A stretch of DNA of 64,000 bases, taken from NCBI GenBank assembly GCA_029856045.1, contig JAHQWG010000028.1:256001-320000 (forward strand). Direction: 5' to 3'. Made by a program: the position numbers and the translations under genes. The stretch comes from Promethearchaeia archaeon (lineage in GTDB: Archaea > Asgardarchaeota > Lokiarchaeia > Sigyniarchaeales > SOKP01). Shown piece after piece: positions 60,743 through 64,000 of the stretch. Under the pieces are notes generated by a model. It saw only the letters and a program-made list of their open reading frames with translations. It had not been told where the DNA came from and ran no database searches. Position 1 is the first letter of the stretch. Each line of letters starts with the position of its first letter.

Positions 60743-61618
60743 TTGGTGATTTCAATTTTGAATAATGAAAAAAAAAATAGTGAAATGGAACAATATGAAA
60801 AAGAGACAGGAAAATATGCTGTTTGGCGTGGTATCATAACTGAAGGATTTAAAAAGTGGAAAAGAGGAGAAAAGATTTATGATAGAGATAAGGAGAGAAT
60901 ATCACTCTATATATCGGAAGAAACTAAAAAAAAATGGCAAAATTTTATTGAAAGTAGCAAATATTCTTCAATTTCAAAATTGATAAGAGATGCTATGGAT
61001 TTTTTTATTAATGAGAAATTAAGAGGAGGTATTGATGAAAAACTTAAAAAATCAAGACCTTTTAAATCAATTACTGATATTTCCCATGATTTAAAAGAGG
61101 CTTTAACTACCATAAAAGGATTTTCACAGTTATTGCTTAATAACTATAAGGATGATATAAAAGAAGATGTATTATCAAAAATTAAGGAGATTTTTAATAA
61201 AAGTATATTTCTTGAAAATAAAATAAAAGAAGTCTTGGAAAAAGGAGAAAATAGAAAGACACAATATGACCTTTTATTAATTGAAGATGACCCATCGACT
61301 ATAAAATTATTAACCACGTTTTTTGAAAGTAAAGGTTATTCTAGTAGAGGGGTAATTAGTGGTTCTAAGGGAATAGAAGAATTAAAAGTAAATGTTCCAA
61401 AATTAATATTATTAGATATAATATTGCCAGATATAAATGGATATGATGTTTGTAAAATTATAAAATCTGATGAGAATCTTAAATATATTCCAGTTTTTTT
61501 CTTAACGGCAATTCCAAGTTCAGAAGTTGAGAAAAAAATTAAATTTGCTGGTGCAGATGGATATATTTTGAAACCATTTGATTTTAGTGATTTTGAAATT
61601 TTATATACATATCTATAA
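60743..61618 (+). CDS. RHH-DHp(HisKA)-receiver protein (paralog of 57623..58483)
   Basis: ERISLYISEETKKKW..SISKLIRDAM, ISHDLKEALTTIKGF, IEDD/LLD/LTA/KP. Confidence 0.75.
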   Translation: MVISILNNEKKNSEMEQYEKETGKYAVWRGIITEGFKKWKRGEKIYDRDKERISLYISEETKKKWQNFIESSKYSSISKLIRDAMDFFINEKLRGGIDEKLKKSRPFKSITDISHDLKEALTTIKGFSQLLLNNYKDDIKEDVLSKIKEIFNKSIFLENKIKEVLEKGENRKTQYDLLLIEDDPSTIKLLTTFFESKGYSSRGVISGSKGIEELKVNVPKLILLDIILPDINGYDVCKIIKSDENLKYIPVFFLTAIPSSEVEKKIKFAGADGYILKPFDFSDFEILYTYL

Positions 61619-61765
61619 ATTTTAAAATTCTCTTTTCTTAGTTACAGAAAGCGTTTCTTTTACATAATTCCATAATCGATTTAGTAATAATCAAATTAAA
61701 TAACTAAGAAATAAAGTATTTATTCAATTTATTGGCAAAATTAACTTAAAAATTTGGTTTAATTA

Positions 61766-63073
61766 ATGGTTATAGGCATAGCATTATTTAGTTGGGATAA
61801 GAAGATGGGTCCGGTTTTAGAGATTAAACATCCTGAAAATCTTGATTTATCACAAAATTTAATTAATAAAATATATATGACTCATGCTTATAGGCAGGAA
61901 AATCAAAATGAAGAGTTAATGGAAATTAATCTGGAGAATAAAATTATACTTAGCTACTGTGATATGTCTAAAGTTGCAAAATTTGGGTATGAAATAATTA
62001 TTCTTATTGTTCATGAGAAGGAGAAAATACATCTTAAAAATTTAAAATCCAAATTATTTGAATTTGCGAGAGAAGTGTTAAATAAACCTAAAATTGAGAG
62101 ACATAAGTATTTTTTTGAAAATCTCGATTTGTTTTTTAAAGAAACATTAAAGAAAAAGATATTATTAGTTGGACGAGCAGCTACAGGAAAATCTAGTATT
62201 AAGCAAGTTATTTTTGAAGGAAAGATGCCACAGGAGTTATTATCTAATCCCCTTGAGCCAACTCGTGGTTTAACACCCTCTGTTTATTCATGGTTAGATC
62301 TGGATTTGGGTATTTTCGATTCAGCTGGTCAAGAACTGGATTATTTATTAGATGATAAAAATGAACAAACCTTAGCATTCGAAAATACTGATATTATAAT
62401 ATATATGTTTGATTACCTAACGTGGGTTGAAAATAACGAAATAATAATAAAAGATATCAGAAAAATTTCAAGAATTATTAAACAAGAGTCTTATAATGCT
62501 AGGATTATATTATTTCTACATAAAATTGACTTAATTAAGGAAGAAAATAGAGAACAAAACATAAAAAATATCCAGCGAGAAATAAAAGAACAATTGAATT
62601 TACAGATTTATTTTACAAGTCTTTATCCAAATTTAATTTATAATACTTATAATGCATTTTATGAGATTTTGAGTAATTTTTCCAAAGAGACAATTTATTT
62701 TAAAGAAATTTTGGATGAAAAAATTAAAGACAGTTCAAAATCTATGTGTTTTATAACTAATCAAAACAGTAGTATAGTTGTTCAGACAATGTCTAATGAT
62801 TTCAATTTTAAATTAATCAACCAAATTCATAGATTAATTGCTCAATTTGACCAATCATTTGAAGACATGTGTATGAATGATAATATCGATTATATGATAC
62901 TTTCAAGTTTGAAAAATTTTAATATTATTATGAAATTTCTTAACCTCTCGAATTATAATCTTAAAAATTTAATTTTAATCTCTGAAATAGCTAGTATCAA
63001 TCAATTAATAGGATTTTGTGAGGAAATTAAAAGTACTTTGAATAGATATTTTTATAAAGATATTCAACTATGA
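61766..63073 (+). CDS. Longin-like + Rag/Gtr-like GTPase + roadblock-like domain protein
   Basis: N-terminal FSWDKKMGP. GRAATGKSSIKQVIF, LEPT, DSAGQ, HKID, FTSL. About 120 aa alpha/beta C-domain. Confidence 0.78.
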   Translation: MVIGIALFSWDKKMGPVLEIKHPENLDLSQNLINKIYMTHAYRQENQNEELMEINLENKIILSYCDMSKVAKFGYEIIILIVHEKEKIHLKNLKSKLFEFAREVLNKPKIERHKYFFENLDLFFKETLKKKILLVGRAATGKSSIKQVIFEGKMPQELLSNPLEPTRGLTPSVYSWLDLDLGIFDSAGQELDYLLDDKNEQTLAFENTDIIIYMFDYLTWVENNEIIIKDIRKISRIIKQESYNARIILFLHKIDLIKEENREQNIKNIQREIKEQLNLQIYFTSLYPNLIYNTYNAFYEILSNFSKETIYFKEILDEKIKDSSKSMCFITNQNSSIVVQTMSNDFNFKLINQIHRLIAQFDQSFEDMCMNDNIDYMILSSLKNFNIIMKFLNLSNYNLKNLILISEIASINQLIGFCEEIKSTLNRYFYKDIQL

Positions 63074-63082
63074 GAATCTAAA

Positions 63083-64000
63083 ATGGGTAAGAAGATAATT
63101 TTCGTTGGACCGCCTGGAGCGGGAAAAACCACCTTAAGAAAAGTTTTTTTTGAGGGAGAATCTTCTTCAAAATTATTAGATTATGCATTAGAGCCTACAC
63201 ATGGTAAAGAATCAGTTATTCTTCAGTTAAGTGAGGATGTTGGAGTGTTTGATCTAGCAGGTCAGGAAAATACAAGGTGGTTTGAAACAGATGATAAAGA
63301 AATTTTCTACGATACAAAAATTCTTATAGTAGTTATTGATATTACAACAGACCATGAAAGAATTATAGAGTTTATTAACAGAGTTATTAAAATTCGAAAT
63401 GAATTAACACCGACTGCATTTATATATATATTAATTCATAAAATTGATTTGGTAGCACAAAAAACAATCAAAGCAATAAAATATAAAATTTCTGATGTTA
63501 TTGGTGAGGAAAAGTCTGTTAAAATTGCATTTACAAGTATTCAGAAAGTATATTTCCCCTCAACATTTTCATTGTTTATGGATATCTTAGATACATGTAT
63601 AAGTGAAAGGGTAACTCCTGAAAGAATTAATTTGAATCTACTTCAAAACACTATTGATTTTTTATATGAATTACAAAAGAGTGTTTTAATTTCGAAAGAT
63701 GATTTACAGATAAGATTAAAAGCTCCTGATGAAATGATTGATTCTATAAGCAAACTATTGAGTAATAAAGGACATATTGATGTTTCAAAAATAAATGATA
63801 GAACAATTTTTAGTTTAACTGATAAAGGTAAAAATTATTTTAAAGAAATTTTAAATAAATTTTCTTTGCAAAAATTGATTAAATTTGAGAAAGAACATTA
63901 TAAGACAGAAGCCGCTTTAGGGCCAAAAGTTCCTCCATATTTAGGTTTTTTGGTGGCTGATAAAGATGGAAAAACAATAATAAATGTAGAAATATTTGAC
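63083..64000 (+). CDS. Rag/Gtr-like GTPase with winged-helix domain (runs off the window end)
   Basis: Hand translation, not in the ORF track: GPPGAGKTTLRKVFF, LEPT, DLAGQ, HKID, FTSI, then ISKDDL...KGHI...FSLTDKG, then YLGFLVADKDGKT. Confidence 0.8.
   Translation, partial: MGKKIIFVGPPGAGKTTLRKVFFEGESSSKLLDYALEPTHGKESVILQLSEDVGVFDLAGQENTRWFETDDKEIFYDTKILIVVIDITTDHERIIEFINRVIKIRNELTPTAFIYILIHKIDLVAQKTIKAIKYKISDVIGEEKSVKIAFTSIQKVYFPSTFSLFMDILDTCISERVTPERINLNLLQNTIDFLYELQKSVLISKDDLQIRLKAPDEMIDSISKLLSNKGHIDVSKINDRTIFSLTDKGKNYFKEILNKFSLQKLIKFEKEHYKTEAALGPKVPPYLGFLVADKDGKTIINVEIFD

Noticed and set aside
929-61113. Numerous 60-150 aa ORFs antisense to, or overlapping, longer genes (e.g. 929..1156, 7743..8138, 37972..38346, 54334..54789)
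   Set aside because: They are shadows of well-supported genes on the other strand or frame and carry no motifs of their own.

Overview
Very AT-rich archaeal window, most likely a Lokiarchaeia/Asgard genome. Evidence: a tail-less Loki-type histone, Arf-, Rab- and Rag-like small GTPases, longin-like domains and an IPGF-TM-basic C-terminal sorting tail. The first ~42 kb is mostly metabolic: a truncated ACS-beta-like gene with cooC, a dikinase split into separate genes, two 2-hydroxyacyl-CoA dehydratase-type pairs, a sugar ABC transporter with treT, a Hef-type helicase, a corrinoid/methyltransferase fusion, hydrolases, GMP synthase B, a GH3 glycosidase and three nucleotidyltransferase toxin-antitoxin-like pairs. 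The most interesting part is 48.5-64 kb, a dense two-component signalling cluster. It holds (i) a folliculin-like longin domain that keeps the GAP arginine-finger motif and is fused to a His-less kinase dimerisation helix pair, (ii) two paralogous RHH-DHp-receiver proteins with a candidate repeated operator (ATAACAAA), and (iii) a tandem pair of Rag-like GTPases, one with an N-terminal longin and one with a winged helix. I propose, as inference, a phosphorelay coupled to a Rag-type GTPase switch. Also seen: several apparent non-canonical start codons (ACG/ATA/ATT), three gene remnants or recombination scars, and an Arf-like GTPase with a Pro-rich, WH2-like tail. No rRNA, tRNA, CRISPR array or transposase was recognised. 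All family calls come from motif recognition by eye, with no database search.
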